Shown: positions 21,883 to 33,144, counted from the first letter of the stretch. The stretch: 52,007 nt of DNA from an uncultured Colwellia sp. (GCA_963933725.1 CAWVWK010000001.1:1-52007), one strand, 5' to 3'. Numbers and translations are program-made. Notes: generated by a model not told the origin, from the letters alone.

Positions 21883-23112
21883 TTAACCTTTAGAAAAACC
21901 CACATTAAAAAGCTGACTTAGCTTTGATGGTATTTCTAACGGCTTAGTATTTTCATTTTCTACCTCTGGTGAACACATCAAAATAAGAGACGAAAACTCT
22001 CGTCTTATAGGGTAGTTTTTTCTTATATTATCAAATCCTTGAGAAGATAATTGTTGTCTAAATATGGTATCATCACGCCTAACATCATAAACCAATTTGA
22101 TTAATTTATTTAATGTATGGTTCTCTATCTGTACATTTTTCTGGCTATTAAAAGCTTGGTCACTTATCGCACTTTTATTCAATAACACCGAAGATATTTC
22201 TGCCTTTGGAAGAAAGTCTTGCAACTGCTTTGATGGTGTTTTGTTTAATTCATGACATAATGCCTGATAAAGCATCTCAGTGCCACGAGATTTTCCTTCT
22301 AAGCTATAACCAGCAATATGTGCTGTCGCTATTTCGGTATATTTAACTAAGGGGAATAAGATATCGGGTTCTCCTTCCCAAACATCTAGTACTAATTTTA
22401 CTGGGTGACCTTGCTCTTTAATTGCTAATAATGCTTTATTGTCAATAACAGAACCACGACAAGCTGTTATTAAAATTTGTTGGTCATTTAATTTCGAAAG
22501 ATTATCTTGGTTTAATAAATGATAAGTAGGATATTTTCCTTCTTTAATTTGTGGCACGTGTAAAGAGATCACATCACATAATAAAGTATCTTCTAATGGG
22601 TAATAAACACGCGTATCTAATCTCTCTAAATTATTTTTTTTCCGCCTTTCCTGTTCTTCAGCTAAAAGAGGATCGCAAATTTTATAGGCTATACCAAGCG
22701 CAGTTAACTTTTCAGCTAATCGTGTGCCTGTATTGCCACCTCCTACAATACCTATCTCCAATTTATTTAAAGCCAATTGATATTTTTCGCTTAAAATAAT
22801 GAGTGAGCTAACAACATATTCACTTACGGATATAGCATTGCAACCAGGTGCAGAAGAAAAGCTTATGTTTTTTTGTTTTAAATAGGCTTGGTCAATATGA
22901 TCCATACCTATTGTTGCCGTTCCAACAAACTTAATATTAGGGCTATTTATTAATAATGCTTCGTTGACCTGAGTAATTGAACGAACAAGTAAAACATCTG
23001 CATTTATTAGGGTCTCTGCAGACAATTCTCTTCCAGCAAAAGGAAATAGATTACCGAAATCGCCAAAAAAAGATTTAGCGAAAGGCATGTTTTCATCAAA
23101 ATATATATTCAT
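21883..23112 (-). CDS. pdxB: Erythronate-4-phosphate dehydrogenase
   Basis: DENMPF, LLVRSITQV, GTATIGMDH, DVWEGEP and HIAGYSLEGK.RGT. The likely start is MNIYF at 23112. Confidence 0.95.
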   Translation of the reverse strand: MNIYFDENMPFAKSFFGDFGNLFPFAGRELSAETLINADVLLVRSITQVNEALLINSPNIKFVGTATIGMDHIDQAYLKQKNISFSSAPGCNAISVSEYVVSSLIILSEKYQLALNKLEIGIVGGGNTGTRLAEKLTALGIAYKICDPLLAEEQERRKKNNLERLDTRVYYPLEDTLLCDVISLHVPQIKEGKYPTYHLLNQDNLSKLNDQQILITACRGSVIDNKALLAIKEQGHPVKLVLDVWEGEPDILFPLVKYTEIATAHIAGYSLEGKSRGTEMLYQALCHELNKTPSKQLQDFLPKAEISSVLLNKSAISDQAFNSQKNVQIENHTLNKLIKLVYDVRRDDTIFRQQLSSQGFDNIRKNYPIRREFSSLILMCSPEVENENTKPLEIPSKLSQLFNVGFSKG

Positions 23113-23214
23113 AAAAACAGGGTATCCCAACTAACCTAAAGGCTCAAGGAGTATTCTCTTGAGGTTGAAAATAAAAGGTTATGTCTTCAAAACAGACACT
23201 ATATAAAAGAAATT

Positions 23215-23241
23215 AAAAAAAGAGGCACAAGGCCTCTTTTT
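23215..23241 (-). terminator. Intrinsic terminator of fabB
   Basis: AAAAAAGAGGC-ACAAG-GCCTCTTTTT. Confidence 0.85.
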
Positions 23242-23290
23242 ATATATGCAATAGAATTATAAGTTATTTGCTCATAATTCCTTGTTAATA

Positions 23291-24502
23291 CTATTTATAC
23301 TTTTGCATTACGAGAGTAGCGTTTGTTCCACCAAATCCAAAACTATTTGACATAACTAAATCAAGTATTGCATCACGTTTTTCAGTAACAATATCCAATC
23401 CTTTCGCTTGCTCATCTAGATTAAAAACATTGATAGATGGAGCAACAAAATTATGTTCCATCATTAATAATGAATAAATAGCTTCATGAACACCAGCAGC
23501 ACCTAATGCATGCCCTGTCATCGCTTTAGTAGCACTAATTGCGGGTGACTTTTCACCAAACAATGTTTGAATAGCGCTTAATTCTTTTACATCACCTACT
23601 GGCGTTGAAGTACCGTGAGTATTTAAATAATCCACATCACCTTCGACATTTTCCATCGCTTGCTGCATACAACGAACAGCACCTTCTCCACTCGGTGCAA
23701 CCATATCATAACCATCAGATGTTGCACCGTAGCCTACTAATTCAGCATAAATATGCGCACCACGAGCTAGAGCATGTTCAAGCTCTTCAACGACGACCAT
23801 GCCGCCACCGCCTGAAATAACGAAACCATCACGGTCTGCATCATAAGTTCTTGATGCAAGCTCAGGTGTTTCATTTCGCCCTGCTGACAATGCCCCCATA
23901 CCATCAAACATCATTGCTAGTGACCAGTCGACTTCTTCACCCCCACCAGCGAAAACAACATCTTGTTTGCCTAATTGGATAAGCTCCATCGCATTACCAA
24001 TACAATGTGCACTCGTTGCACAAGCAGAGCTAATAGAATAGTTAACACCTTTAATTTTAAATGGGGTGGCTAAACACGCTGACACGGTACTTCCCATCGT
24101 TTTTGGGACGGCATATGGGCCAACACGGCGAATACCTCGATTTCTTAAAGTATCACAAGATGACACGATGTTTGCTGAAGAGGCGCCACCAGAACCGGCA
24201 ACAATTCCTGTTCTTACATTGGAAACATCTTCACCTGTTAACTTAGCATCAGCAATAGCTTGTTCCATAGCAATGTATGCATAACCTGCCGCATCTCCCA
24301 TGAAACGCAACGCTTTACGGTCAATATGATCTTTTATTTCAATATCAGGCTCTCCCCAAACATGGCTTTTTAAACCATTTTCAGCGAAACTTTCTGAATG
24401 AGAGATACCAGATTTACCTGATTTTAAAGAGGATAGAACTTGTTCAGCATTATTACCAATACTTGATACAATACCAAGACCTGTGATGACTACACGTTTC
24501 AT
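23291..24502 (-). CDS. fabB: 3-oxoacyl-ACP synthase I
   Basis: [47 protein letters not shown] and [10 protein letters not shown]. Confidence 0.98.
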   Translation of the reverse strand: MKRVVITGLGIVSSIGNNAEQVLSSLKSGKSGISHSESFAENGLKSHVWGEPDIEIKDHIDRKALRFMGDAAGYAYIAMEQAIADAKLTGEDVSNVRTGIVAGSGGASSANIVSSCDTLRNRGIRRVGPYAVPKTMGSTVSACLATPFKIKGVNYSISSACATSAHCIGNAMELIQLGKQDVVFAGGGEEVDWSLAMMFDGMGALSAGRNETPELASRTYDADRDGFVISGGGGMVVVEELEHALARGAHIYAELVGYGATSDGYDMVAPSGEGAVRCMQQAMENVEGDVDYLNTHGTSTPVGDVKELSAIQTLFGEKSPAISATKAMTGHALGAAGVHEAIYSLLMMEHNFVAPSINVFNLDEQAKGLDIVTEKRDAILDLVMSNSFGFGGTNATLVMQKYK

Positions 24503-24576
24503 TTAGATAACCACTATATTATTATAAATTAAAAACAAAAAATAAATTAAAAACAAAAATTTGGAGAATGAAGGGC

Positions 24577-24615
24577 ATTATACAAATTTTTTTCGATGAA
24601 CTGGTATTACTTGTC
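24577..24615 (-). promoter_or_regulatory. Putative fabB promoter: TATAAT -10 with a FadR-like box over the -35 region
   Basis: Minus-strand TATAAT at 24577-24582. AACTGGTATTACTTGTC at 24599-24615 is centred about -37, similar to FadR-activated E. coli fabA/fabB promoters. Confidence 0.55.
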
Positions 24616-24654
24616 TGATTTTATGTTAATTCGATTTATTTCAAGCCAAAAATC

Positions 24655-24672
24655 AGTGTACAACTGTAAGCC
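24655..24672. promoter_or_regulatory. Putative FabR box upstream of fabB
   Basis: AGTGTACAACTGTAAGCC compared with the FabR palindrome GCGTACAnnTGTACGC. Confidence 0.7.
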
Positions 24673-25011
24673 ATAATAAGGTATTCTCATATAGATTTCT
24701 ATGCCAAATCAACTTAGTTTTACGATTGTTCTTATTTTGTATAATATTCTGCAAATATTAAAATGGCTCTTTATTGTCAAGCACGGTAAACTCTTCTTAC
24801 AAAAAGTCAAAAACAATCAACAATAAATTTAAAAACAACAATACTAAGCACTTAAGCAACACCCTAGCAATTAAAAAATAATAATAAGTAAATATATTAC
24901 GGTTTTACACCTAAGCTATGAAATAAAAATGCTTTGATAAATTAATAATATGATTGGCAAGGTTTTATCATGCTAAAACACAAAACATAATTGTTTTAAA
25001 TTTAAAAATTA

Positions 25012-25029
25012 AACTTACAACTGTACCCA
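25012..25029. promoter_or_regulatory. Second FabR-like box
   Basis: AACTTACAACTGTACCCA shares the TACAACTGTA core with the first box. Confidence 0.45.
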
Positions 25030-25345
25030 AGAAACCACTGAACAATCCAATTCTACTCTTAAAAAAAAGTGTCAAATAACAATAAATGCTAACAATAACT
25101 AGAGTGATAAGTAAAAGCTTTGCTAAGTAAAAACTTAAGCGTTTTTTAGAAGAACTCGATACAATAGTGACAAAAAATATAAGACCCAGAAGGGGTGTGA
25201 TATTCTTAACTATAATTTTAAGATAATAATTTTAAGATAGTCGTTTACATACTCACCAACAGTCTTTGATTAGTGCTGTGATTGTTTATTCTGATGGTAT
25301 TAATTGTCCATCCTATAAATAACTTGAAAGTAGAAATGATAAAAG

Positions 25346-26701
25346 ATGAATAACATAGAACACCAAAATGATAGTTATTTACAACAAAAAAATGCCAACT
25401 CAAAAAAAGGCTATCAGATTAGACCTCAAATTGAAAAAGTAAATCACGTTAGCATAATCGGTGGTGGTATTGCTTCTGCGTGTTTAACGTATGAGCTGAC
25501 AAAACAAGGCGTAAACGTCACCTTATATTGTAAGGATAATGAATTATCTCAAGGAGCATCAAGTAATGCTATAGGAGCAATTTACCCTTTAATTCATCAA
25601 AAACGCGATGAGATAAGTGTGTTTTACCAACAAGCCTTACTCCATGCTAGAAAGCTCTATCAAGAATTAATAGCGAAAGGCTTTTCATATGATCATGATT
25701 GGTGTGGGTTACTAGAACTATCCTACAAACATAGTCTTGAAAAAAGACAAGTTAGCATTGAAAACGAAGCTTTATGGCCGGCATCTTTAGTTCATGGTTT
25801 AACACCAAATCAAGCTTCTGATGTTTCCGGAATTAAACAAGAGTTTGGTGGTTTGTTTTATCCGCAGGCTGGTTGGGTTTCTCCTCAAAGTTTAGTTTCT
25901 GCTTTATTTAAAGCGAGTGATAATACAGGGTTATTATCGTTTAAAATGAACACTAAAATAGATTTAATAAAGCAAAAACAAAATGCTACGGACATGAATA
26001 GCATTACTTCATCTAAAGCTTGGTGGGAGCTGCATGCAAAAGAAAAGTCTTTTAGAGCTGAAACTTTAGTTGTATGTGCAGGGGCTGATTCAATAAATCT
26101 AAACACGGTTAATAGCCTCCCTTTGACCCCTACAAGAGGGCAAATTACGAGTATGAAAAGCAATAAAAATATTGAGAAACTTTCGACTGTTATTTGTCAT
26201 AAAGGTTATTTAACCCCAAAAAATAAAGACATCCATTGTATTGGCGCTACTTTTCAAAAAAATGATCTATTCCAACAATCGAGAAAGGAGGATGATAGTT
26301 ACAATTTAAACATGCTTGAAAAGTGTTTAGCTTCTCTTAGTAAAACAATTGGCTGGGAACTAGATGATGTAATAAACAGTAAAGCAAGATTACGCTGCAT
26401 GACACCGGATCATCTGCCTATGGTTGGCGCTATGCCTAATATACAAAAGCATATTGAAACTTATCCACATTTAGCAAAAGATAAGAACTGGAAATATAGT
26501 CAACCAGCCCCTATTATTGACAACCTTTATATCATGACAGGCTTTGGTGCTAGAGGAATCTGTTCAGCACCTTTATGTGCCAAAATACTTACCGCAGACC
26601 TATGCAAAACCCCATACCCTTTAGATAACAACATGCTCTTTAATTTAAGTCCTAATCGCTTTATTATTAGGGATATCGTTAAAAGGAAACTACCTTTTTA
26701 A
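25346..26701 (+). CDS. mnmC: MnmC FAD-dependent cmnm5s2U34 oxidoreductase domain only (no N-terminal methyltransferase)
   Basis: IIGGGIASA begins near residue 37, followed by [44 protein letters not shown] and LSPNRF. Divergent from fabB, the usual mnmC position. 451 aa versus about 670 aa for the bifunctional enzyme. Confidence 0.88.
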   Translation: MNNIEHQNDSYLQQKNANSKKGYQIRPQIEKVNHVSIIGGGIASACLTYELTKQGVNVTLYCKDNELSQGASSNAIGAIYPLIHQKRDEISVFYQQALLHARKLYQELIAKGFSYDHDWCGLLELSYKHSLEKRQVSIENEALWPASLVHGLTPNQASDVSGIKQEFGGLFYPQAGWVSPQSLVSALFKASDNTGLLSFKMNTKIDLIKQKQNATDMNSITSSKAWWELHAKEKSFRAETLVVCAGADSINLNTVNSLPLTPTRGQITSMKSNKNIEKLSTVICHKGYLTPKNKDIHCIGATFQKNDLFQQSRKEDDSYNLNMLEKCLASLSKTIGWELDDVINSKARLRCMTPDHLPMVGAMPNIQKHIETYPHLAKDKNWKYSQPAPIIDNLYIMTGFGARGICSAPLCAKILTADLCKTPYPLDNNMLFNLSPNRFIIRDIVKRKLPF

Positions 26702-26957
26702 TCGCTACTAAATGAATTTCATTAGCTACAAAAACTCTTTAACGACTCATTTTATTCTCTATCTATCAAGTAGTACTGCTTAAGTGACTCTTCTTCCCTC
26801 GATAATATGGTTAGGTTTTCTGGCTTTTTCAGGATATTAAACTATGCTTTTTGTTAACAACTTTTAATATTATTTTTTAGTTCATATAAATTATAAATTT
26901 CTGTTTGGTAAAATAATCAACCAAAGTATTTCATAAGCACCTAATCTAATTCAAGTA

Positions 26958-26973
26958 AGCCCCAAAAGGGGCT
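26958..26973. promoter_or_regulatory. Palindrome upstream of nap, weak NarP-like 7-2-7 site
   Basis: AGCCCC-AAAA-GGGGCT. The core resembles TACCCCT-NN-AGGGGTA but the outer bases differ. Confidence 0.35.
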
Positions 26974-27017
26974 CATAGAATATCAATGAGCTTTTGATGA
27001 TATATAACGAGAGAAAT

Positions 27018-27182
27018 ATGAATAAATCTCCTACTGAAGAGCAAGTAAAGAAATATGAAAGAAATACTTTCATTTTCTTATCTGTATTTTTAGCCCCTAT
27101 TTTATCAGTCATCATTGTGGCGGGGTTTGGTTTCGCCATTTGGTTTAGTCAATTAGCTTTCTTTGGGCCACCAAGTACTTAG
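27018..27182 (+). CDS. napE: Periplasmic nitrate reductase small membrane protein NapE
   Basis: KKYERNTFIFLSVFLAPILSVIIVAGFGFAIWFSQL..GPP matches the NapE/TorE pattern. First gene of the nap operon. Start uncertain (26994-27018). Confidence 0.85.
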   Translation: MNKSPTEEQVKKYERNTFIFLSVFLAPILSVIIVAGFGFAIWFSQLAFFGPPST

Positions 27183-27186
27183 TAAA

Positions 27187-27729
27187 ATGCTAAAGATTAA
27201 TAAGCCAAAACCAGAGCCTTTAAAAGACCCTTCCAAAAGGCGCTTATTTAAGGGGCGCATTAATACCCCTCAAACATTAAGGTTGCCTTGGATAATAAGT
27301 GAAACGAACTTCACTAGTGCTTGCACTCAATGTGAGAAATGTATTAGTAGTTGTGAAACCAACATCATTATTAAAGACAAAGGCGGATTTCCTAAAGTTG
27401 ATTTTAATTTAGGTGAATGTAGCTTTTGTAACAAGTGTATAGATACTTGTGAAGAGCCTCTCTTTACAAATAGGTTCTCAGACGAAAACAACCATAAAGC
27501 TTGGCCAATTAACATTGAAATTAATGATACCTGCTTAGCAAAAAATAATATTTATTGCCAAAGCTGTCGAGATGAATGTGAGGCTGATGTTATCAAATTC
27601 GAGTATCACAAATCCAGTATCCCTCAACCTAGTTTAAATAACCTAGATTGCACGCAATGCGGTGCTTGTATAAAAACTTGCCCTCAAAACGCTATCAAAA
27701 CAAACTTTCAATCATTTAAGAATGCCTAA
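27187..27729 (+). CDS. napF: Ferredoxin-type protein NapF
   Basis: DPSKRRLF, LRLPW and four Cys clusters (CTQCEKCISSC, CSFCNKCIDTC, C..CQSCRDEC, CTQCGACIKTCP). ATG at 27187. Confidence 0.93.
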   Translation: MLKINKPKPEPLKDPSKRRLFKGRINTPQTLRLPWIISETNFTSACTQCEKCISSCETNIIIKDKGGFPKVDFNLGECSFCNKCIDTCEEPLFTNRFSDENNHKAWPINIEINDTCLAKNNIYCQSCRDECEADVIKFEYHKSSIPQPSLNNLDCTQCGACIKTCPQNAIKTNFQSFKNA

Positions 27730-27773
27730 GCATCCTTGAAGCCAGAACAACTAAAAGGACTAGAAAAGCATAT

Positions 27774-28061
27774 ATGAGTGAAATAAAAAAGACTAACAAA
27801 TCAGAATACCATATCGCTAGCTTAGTAGCTTATTGTATATCAACCGAAATAGGCAAAGTTAAAGAAGCCATTTTAAAAGTAGAAGGTACAGAAATACACG
27901 GCACTAATGAGCAAGGGAAGATCATATTTACTATTGAAGGGCATAGTCATAAAGATATAGGTAAAAAAATGGACATCTTAAGAGTTCATCAAGGTATTTT
28001 AAATCTATCCCCAGTCTATCATCAATTTTTAGATGAAACGGAAGAAGCAAGAAATGATTGA
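27774..28061 (+). CDS. napD: NapA signal-peptide chaperone NapD
   Basis: EYHIASLV, EIHG..EQGKIIFTIEG and SPVYHQ. Lies between napF and napA. Confidence 0.92.
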   Translation: MSEIKKTNKSEYHIASLVAYCISTEIGKVKEAILKVEGTEIHGTNEQGKIIFTIEGHSHKDIGKKMDILRVHQGILNLSPVYHQFLDETEEARND

Positions 28062-28145
28062 GTAAAAACAAAAGCAAAATCCTGCAAATTGAAATTAATT
28101 GAACTGAACAACACAAACCAAAACATTTAATATAAAGGTGACAAC

Positions 28146-30644
28146 ATGAATATTAATCGTAGGGAATTCATCAAAGTTAATGCTGTTGCAGCCGCTGCTG
28201 CCGTTGCGGGTATATCAGTACCTGCAGCTGCATCAAACCTCATCACAAGTTCAGATATCACCAAAATCAAATGGGATAAAGCGCCTTGTCGTTTCTGTGG
28301 TACAGGTTGTAGTGTGAATGTTGGCGTGATGGACGGGAAAGTTGTTGCTACTCATGGCGACATTAAGTCTTCTGTAAATAAAGGCCTTAATTGTGTTAAA
28401 GGCTATTTCCTTTCGAAAATAATGTACGGAAAAGACCGTCTTACCACTCCCCTACTTAGAATGTCTAACGGTGAGTATGACAAAAATGGCGAATTTACCC
28501 CTATTTCCTGGGATAAAGCCTTGAAAGTTATGGCCGATAAAGCAAAAGCGACCTTGAAAGAAAAAGGGCCTACAGCCGTTGGTATGTTTGGCTCAGGCCA
28601 GTGGACAGTTCAAGAAGGTTATGCTGCTTCCAAGCTTTATAAGGCAGGTTTTAGAACCAACAATATAGACCCAAATGCTCGTCATTGTATGGCCTCGGCG
28701 GTTGGTGGTTTTCTGCGTACCTTTGGTATCGATGAGCCAATGGGCTGTTATGATGACTTAGAAGCCGCTGACGCGTTCGTATTATGGGGTTCTAATATGG
28801 CAGAAATGCACCCTATCCTTTGGACACGCTTAACAGACAGACGCTTAAGTGCATCTCATGTCAAAGTAGCTGTTTTATCAACCTTTGAGCACAGAAGTTT
28901 TGAACTAGCAGATAACGGGATGATCTTCACACCACAAACTGATTTAGCTATTTTAAACTATATTGCTAATTATATTATTGAAACAGGCCGTGTTAATGAG
29001 GATTTTGTTAACAAACATACCAACTTTAGAGTTGGACAAACCGATATAGGTTATGGACTTCGACCTGAACACCCTCTCGAGCAAAAAGCTAAAAATAACG
29101 ATGCATCAGCCGGAAGCTCTAAAGCCATTGACTTCAAAGAATATGCAAATTTTGTAAGTACTTATACGGCTGATTATGTATCAAAACTTTCTGGTGTTTC
29201 TAAAGATAAACTAAAATCTTTAGCAGAAATGTATGCTGATCCTGATGTTAAAGTCACTTCTTTTTGGACAATGGGATTTAACCAACATACGCGTGGTGTA
29301 TGGGCAAATAACTTGGTTTATAATATCCACTTATTAACGGGTAAAATTTCTACTCCTGGTAATAGTCCATTCTCTTTAACAGGGCAACCCTCTGCTTGTG
29401 GTACTGCGCGCGAAGTGGGCACATTCTCCCACCGCTTACCTGCAGATATGGTAGTCTCTAACCCTAACCATCGTGCTAAAGCTGAAAAAATATGGCAGCT
29501 TCCTGAAGGTACTATTCCAGCTAAACCTGGTTACCACGCAGTATTGCAAAATCGCATGTTAAAAGATGGGAAGTTAAATTTTTACTGGGTGCAATGTAAC
29601 AACAACATGCAAGCAGCAGCAAATATTAATGAAGAAGGTTACCCTGGGTATCGTAATCCAGATAATTTTGTTGTTGTGTCTGATCCCTACCCTACCGTTA
29701 CAGCACAAGCTGCTGACTTGATTTTACCAACAGCGATGTGGGTTGAAAAAGAAGGCGTTTATGGCAACGCTGAACGACGCACTCAATCTTGGTATCAAAT
29801 GGTTGAGTCTCCAGAAGGTGCTAAGTCTGACTTATGGCAACTTGTTGAATTCTCTAAACACTTCAAAATTGAAGATGTATGGCCTGAAGAGCTTATCGCC
29901 AAAAAGCCTGAAGTACGAGGTAAAACATTATTCGATGTACTTTACAAAGATACACATGCAGGAAGTTTCTCTTTAGATGAAATCCCTGAAGATCGTTTAA
30001 ATGATGAGTCCCGCCATTTTGGTTTTTATATTCAAAAAGGGTTATTTGAAGAGTATGCATCATTTGGCCGTGGTAAAGCTCATGACTTGGCTCCATACGA
30101 TAGATACCACAAAGAACGTGGCTTACGCTGGCCTGTAGTCGATGGCAAAGAAACTAAACGGCGATTCAAAGAAGGATCTGACCCATATTGTAAACCAGGT
30201 AGTGGTTGGGACTTTTATGGCAAAGTAGACGGCAGAGCTATTATATATGCTCTCCCTTACGAGCCACCAGCTGAATCTCCCGACTCTGAATACGACTTAT
30301 GGTTATCGACAGGTCGCGTTTTAGAGCATTGGCACTCGGGTTCTATGACTCAACGTGTTCCAGAGCTTTATCAAGCAATGCCTGATGCTTTAGTTTATAT
30401 GCATCCTGATGATGCGAAAAAACGTAACATGAGACGTGGTGATTTAGTTAAGTTAATTTCTCGCCGTGGCGAAGTTCAAACTCGGGTAGAGACAAGGGGT
30501 CGTAATAAGCCTCCTCAAGGCTTAGTTTACATGCCTTGGTTTGATGCCAGTCGTCTCGTTAACAAAGTCACTTTAGATGCCACAGATCCGCTATCAAAAG
30601 AAACAGACTTTAAGAAATGTGCTATCAAAATAGTTAAAGTTTAG
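28146..30644 (+). CDS. napA: Periplasmic nitrate reductase catalytic subunit
   Basis: Tat motif [15 protein letters not shown]...C [4Fe-4S], [23 protein letters not shown] and [14 protein letters not shown]. Confidence 0.99.
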   Translation: MNINRREFIKVNAVAAAAAVAGISVPAAASNLITSSDITKIKWDKAPCRFCGTGCSVNVGVMDGKVVATHGDIKSSVNKGLNCVKGYFLSKIMYGKDRLTTPLLRMSNGEYDKNGEFTPISWDKALKVMADKAKATLKEKGPTAVGMFGSGQWTVQEGYAASKLYKAGFRTNNIDPNARHCMASAVGGFLRTFGIDEPMGCYDDLEAADAFVLWGSNMAEMHPILWTRLTDRRLSASHVKVAVLSTFEHRSFELADNGMIFTPQTDLAILNYIANYIIETGRVNEDFVNKHTNFRVGQTDIGYGLRPEHPLEQKAKNNDASAGSSKAIDFKEYANFVSTYTADYVSKLSGVSKDKLKSLAEMYADPDVKVTSFWTMGFNQHTRGVWANNLVYNIHLLTGKISTPGNSPFSLTGQPSACGTAREVGTFSHRLPADMVVSNPNHRAKAEKIWQLPEGTIPAKPGYHAVLQNRMLKDGKLNFYWVQCNNNMQAAANINEEGYPGYRNPDNFVVVSDPYPTVTAQAADLILPTAMWVEKEGVYGNAERRTQSWYQMVESPEGAKSDLWQLVEFSKHFKIEDVWPEELIAKKPEVRGKTLFDVLYKDTHAGSFSLDEIPEDRLNDESRHFGFYIQKGLFEEYASFGRGKAHDLAPYDRYHKERGLRWPVVDGKETKRRFKEGSDPYCKPGSGWDFYGKVDGRAIIYALPYEPPAESPDSEYDLWLSTGRVLEHWHSGSMTQRVPELYQAMPDALVYMHPDDAKKRNMRRGDLVKLISRRGEVQTRVETRGRNKPPQGLVYMPWFDASRLVNKVTLDATDPLSKETDFKKCAIKIVKV

Positions 30645-30653
30645 GAGCCTATA

Positions 30654-31157
30654 ATGAAAAATTTAAACCTAATCGTTGCTACTTGTTTTTTAACACTGTT
30701 TGTTTCATCTACTTTGTATACGTTAAATGCTAACGCTAATGATAAAGAAACAGTAAACTCGGTAGCTACATTGAGAGATCATACACCGATTAATGTTCAA
30801 AAAGAGCCTAATCGGATACCTCAAGTTGTTAATAAAGACATTCGCAAGGGTCGTAATTATCCTATGCAACCGCCAATCATTCCACATACAATTCGTGGTT
30901 ATGAAGTTAATTTGATGAATAATAAGTGTTTGTCTTGTCATTCTCGCCACCTAGTTGAAAAATCACAAGCGCCAATGATTAGTGTTACACATTATATGAA
31001 CCGTGATGGGAACTTTTTAGCAGAAGTATCACCTCGTCGTTATTTTTGTGAGCAATGTCATGTCACACAAACTGACACAGAGGTTTTAGTAGAAAATACT
31101 TTTACGGACATGCACAGTTTGATGAGTGATAAAACTGCTACCGACAAGAAGCACTAG
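30654..31157 (+). CDS. napB: Diheme cytochrome c NapB
   Basis: Signal peptide, [17 protein letters not shown] and RRYFCEQCH. Confidence 0.97.
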   Translation: MKNLNLIVATCFLTLFVSSTLYTLNANANDKETVNSVATLRDHTPINVQKEPNRIPQVVNKDIRKGRNYPMQPPIIPHTIRGYEVNLMNNKCLSCHSRHLVEKSQAPMISVTHYMNRDGNFLAEVSPRRYFCEQCHVTQTDTEVLVENTFTDMHSLMSDKTATDKKH

Positions 31158-31165
31158 GAGCCATA

Positions 31166-31753
31166 ATGAAAAAATTATTTAAAATTGGTTGGCGAACTCT
31201 TACCAAACCCAGTGGTTATTATAGTCTTGGAGCTTTAGTTATAGGGGGCTTCATTGCCGGTATTATTTTCTGGGGTGGTTTCAATACTGCACTTGAATTG
31301 ACCAATACAGAAGAGTTCTGTATTTCATGCCATGAAATGGAAAATAATGTCTATGAAGAGTTGAAAACAACAATTCATTTCACTAACCGCTCTGGTGTTC
31401 GTGCAACTTGCCCTGATTGTCATGTGCCACACGAATGGACAGATAAGATAGCGAGGAAAATGCAAGCTTCAAAAGAAGTTTGGGGCACTATATTTGGTAC
31501 CATTAATACTCGTGAAAAGTTTTTAGATAATCGTAAGCGTTTAGCGCAGCACGAATGGGATCGCTTAAAAGCCAATGACTCATTGGAGTGTAGGAACTGT
31601 CATAATTTTGATTACATGGATTTCACTGAACAAAGTGAGCGCGCCTCTTATCAACACTCTACAGCTTTAGCGCACGGCGAAAAGACTTGTATAGATTGCC
31701 ATAAAGGTATTGCACATCATTTACCAGATATGCGCGATGTAGAAGGTTGGTAA
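31166..31753 (+). CDS. napC: Tetraheme quinol dehydrogenase NapC
   Basis: TM anchor GIIFWGGFN and four CxxCH motifs (CISCH, CPDCH, CRNCH, CIDCH). Confidence 0.97.
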   Translation: MKKLFKIGWRTLTKPSGYYSLGALVIGGFIAGIIFWGGFNTALELTNTEEFCISCHEMENNVYEELKTTIHFTNRSGVRATCPDCHVPHEWTDKIARKMQASKEVWGTIFGTINTREKFLDNRKRLAQHEWDRLKANDSLECRNCHNFDYMDFTEQSERASYQHSTALAHGEKTCIDCHKGIAHHLPDMRDVEGW

Positions 31754-31772
31754 TACTCAAATTGTTTAACTT

Positions 31773-31799
31773 AAAAACAGCACTTACTGCTAGTTTTTT
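31773..31799. terminator. Probable terminator between convergent napC and flhB
   Basis: AAAAACAGCA-CTTAC-TGCTAGTTTTT, an imperfect stem flanked by A and T runs. Confidence 0.5.
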
Positions 31800-32013
31800 A
31801 CATAATTAAAAAGTACCTATTAATTGAAAACGATACAAGTAAAAAACACTAAAAGCTTATCATTAATAATAACTTAGCTATTTTTAACATTGTTGATTAG
31901 GCTATAAATGTTACAGAAGAAGAAAGCTAAAAGTGCTTTAAAGCAGACTTATAATATCTATTAATGAACTAAGTATTGAGTGTTAAAATTTTTTTCTATA
32001 CAAGATACTCCCT

Positions 32014-33144
32014 TTAATATCTGAATTCTTCGGGGATAGGGAGTAATTTAGCAATCGGTTTGGGCTTTTTAGCCCGACCTTTTTTATGCTCATTTAATTG
32101 AAAGATAAAAGCGAGTACTTGAGCGACAGCAGCAAATAACTCTTCAGGAATATCTTCGTTAATTTCGCAAGTATAAAATAAAGACCTTGCTAATGCAGGA
32201 GATGGGATGATTGCAACCTCATGCTCCTTCGCTATCGTGCGAATATGCATTGCCATTTCATCAACGCCTTTAGCAACAAGAATAGGCACCCCACCTTGAT
32301 CAGCATCATACCTTAGCGCAACGGCATAGTGAGTCGGGTTGGTTATCACAACATCAGAATTAGGAACCTCTCCCATCATTCGTCTTTGAGACATCTCATA
32401 TTGAGTCTGCTTTATACGGCCTTTTATCTCTGGACTACCTTCGGTATTTTTATGCTCATCTTTAACCTCTTGCTTCGTCATTTTTAACTCCTTATTATGA
32501 TTCCACACTTGGTATGGCGCATCTATAGCGACAATAATGCCTATTGAACATGCTAGGGCAAGAAACATCCATAAAAGCATAGTTACGGCATGCTTAAAAT
32601 TAATCGGTATATTCTCTAAACTCAATAACAGAATCTCATTAAACAATGAACTCAATAAAAAGAATGCCACAATACAAACAACAAAGAACTTTAAAATAGA
32701 CTTAACCAATTCAACTGCGGCTTGAACCCCAAACATCCTTTTAAATCCAGCTAAAGGAGAAAGCCTGCTTGCTTTAGGGGCCATCGCATCAAAAGAAAAA
32801 CTAATACCTCCTAACATGGTGTTACCAACAAATGCGGCTACTATAATAATAAAAAATATCCATAACAGTGGCATGAATACGTCACTAAACCCATTATAAG
32901 CAATTTTGATAAGCGTATTAAAGTCTAATGCTTCAACTCTTGTCAAAGTAAAGAGTTTCTTCATCATTTGTGAAAGAGCCTCAACAAGCGCATCACCCAT
33001 AACAAACATTGAAAATGCCGAACCAACAAGAACAAACATCGTCCCTAGATCTTTAGAGCGGGCGATTTGGCCTTTTTTTCTTGCGTCCGCTAACTTTTTT
33101 TCCGTAGGATCTTCTGTTTTCTCACCGCTATCTGAGTCAGCCAT
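32014..33144 (-). CDS. flhB: Flagellar export specificity switch FlhB
   Basis: EKTEDPT.KKL.DAR.KGQ, KMTKQEVKDEHK..EG.P and the autocleavage motif NPTH. Confidence 0.98.
   Translation of the reverse strand: MADSDSGEKTEDPTEKKLADARKKGQIARSKDLGTMFVLVGSAFSMFVMGDALVEALSQMMKKLFTLTRVEALDFNTLIKIAYNGFSDVFMPLLWIFFIIIVAAFVGNTMLGGISFSFDAMAPKASRLSPLAGFKRMFGVQAAVELVKSILKFFVVCIVAFFLLSSLFNEILLLSLENIPINFKHAVTMLLWMFLALACSIGIIVAIDAPYQVWNHNKELKMTKQEVKDEHKNTEGSPEIKGRIKQTQYEMSQRRMMGEVPNSDVVITNPTHYAVALRYDADQGGVPILVAKGVDEMAMHIRTIAKEHEVAIIPSPALARSLFYTCEINEDIPEELFAAVAQVLAFIFQLNEHKKGRAKKPKPIAKLLPIPEEFRY

Noticed and set aside
25100-25345. Peptide remnants of the MnmC methyltransferase (for example KGCDILNY resembling GCHRL)
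   Set aside because: Too short and weak to distinguish from chance in AT-rich DNA without an alignment.
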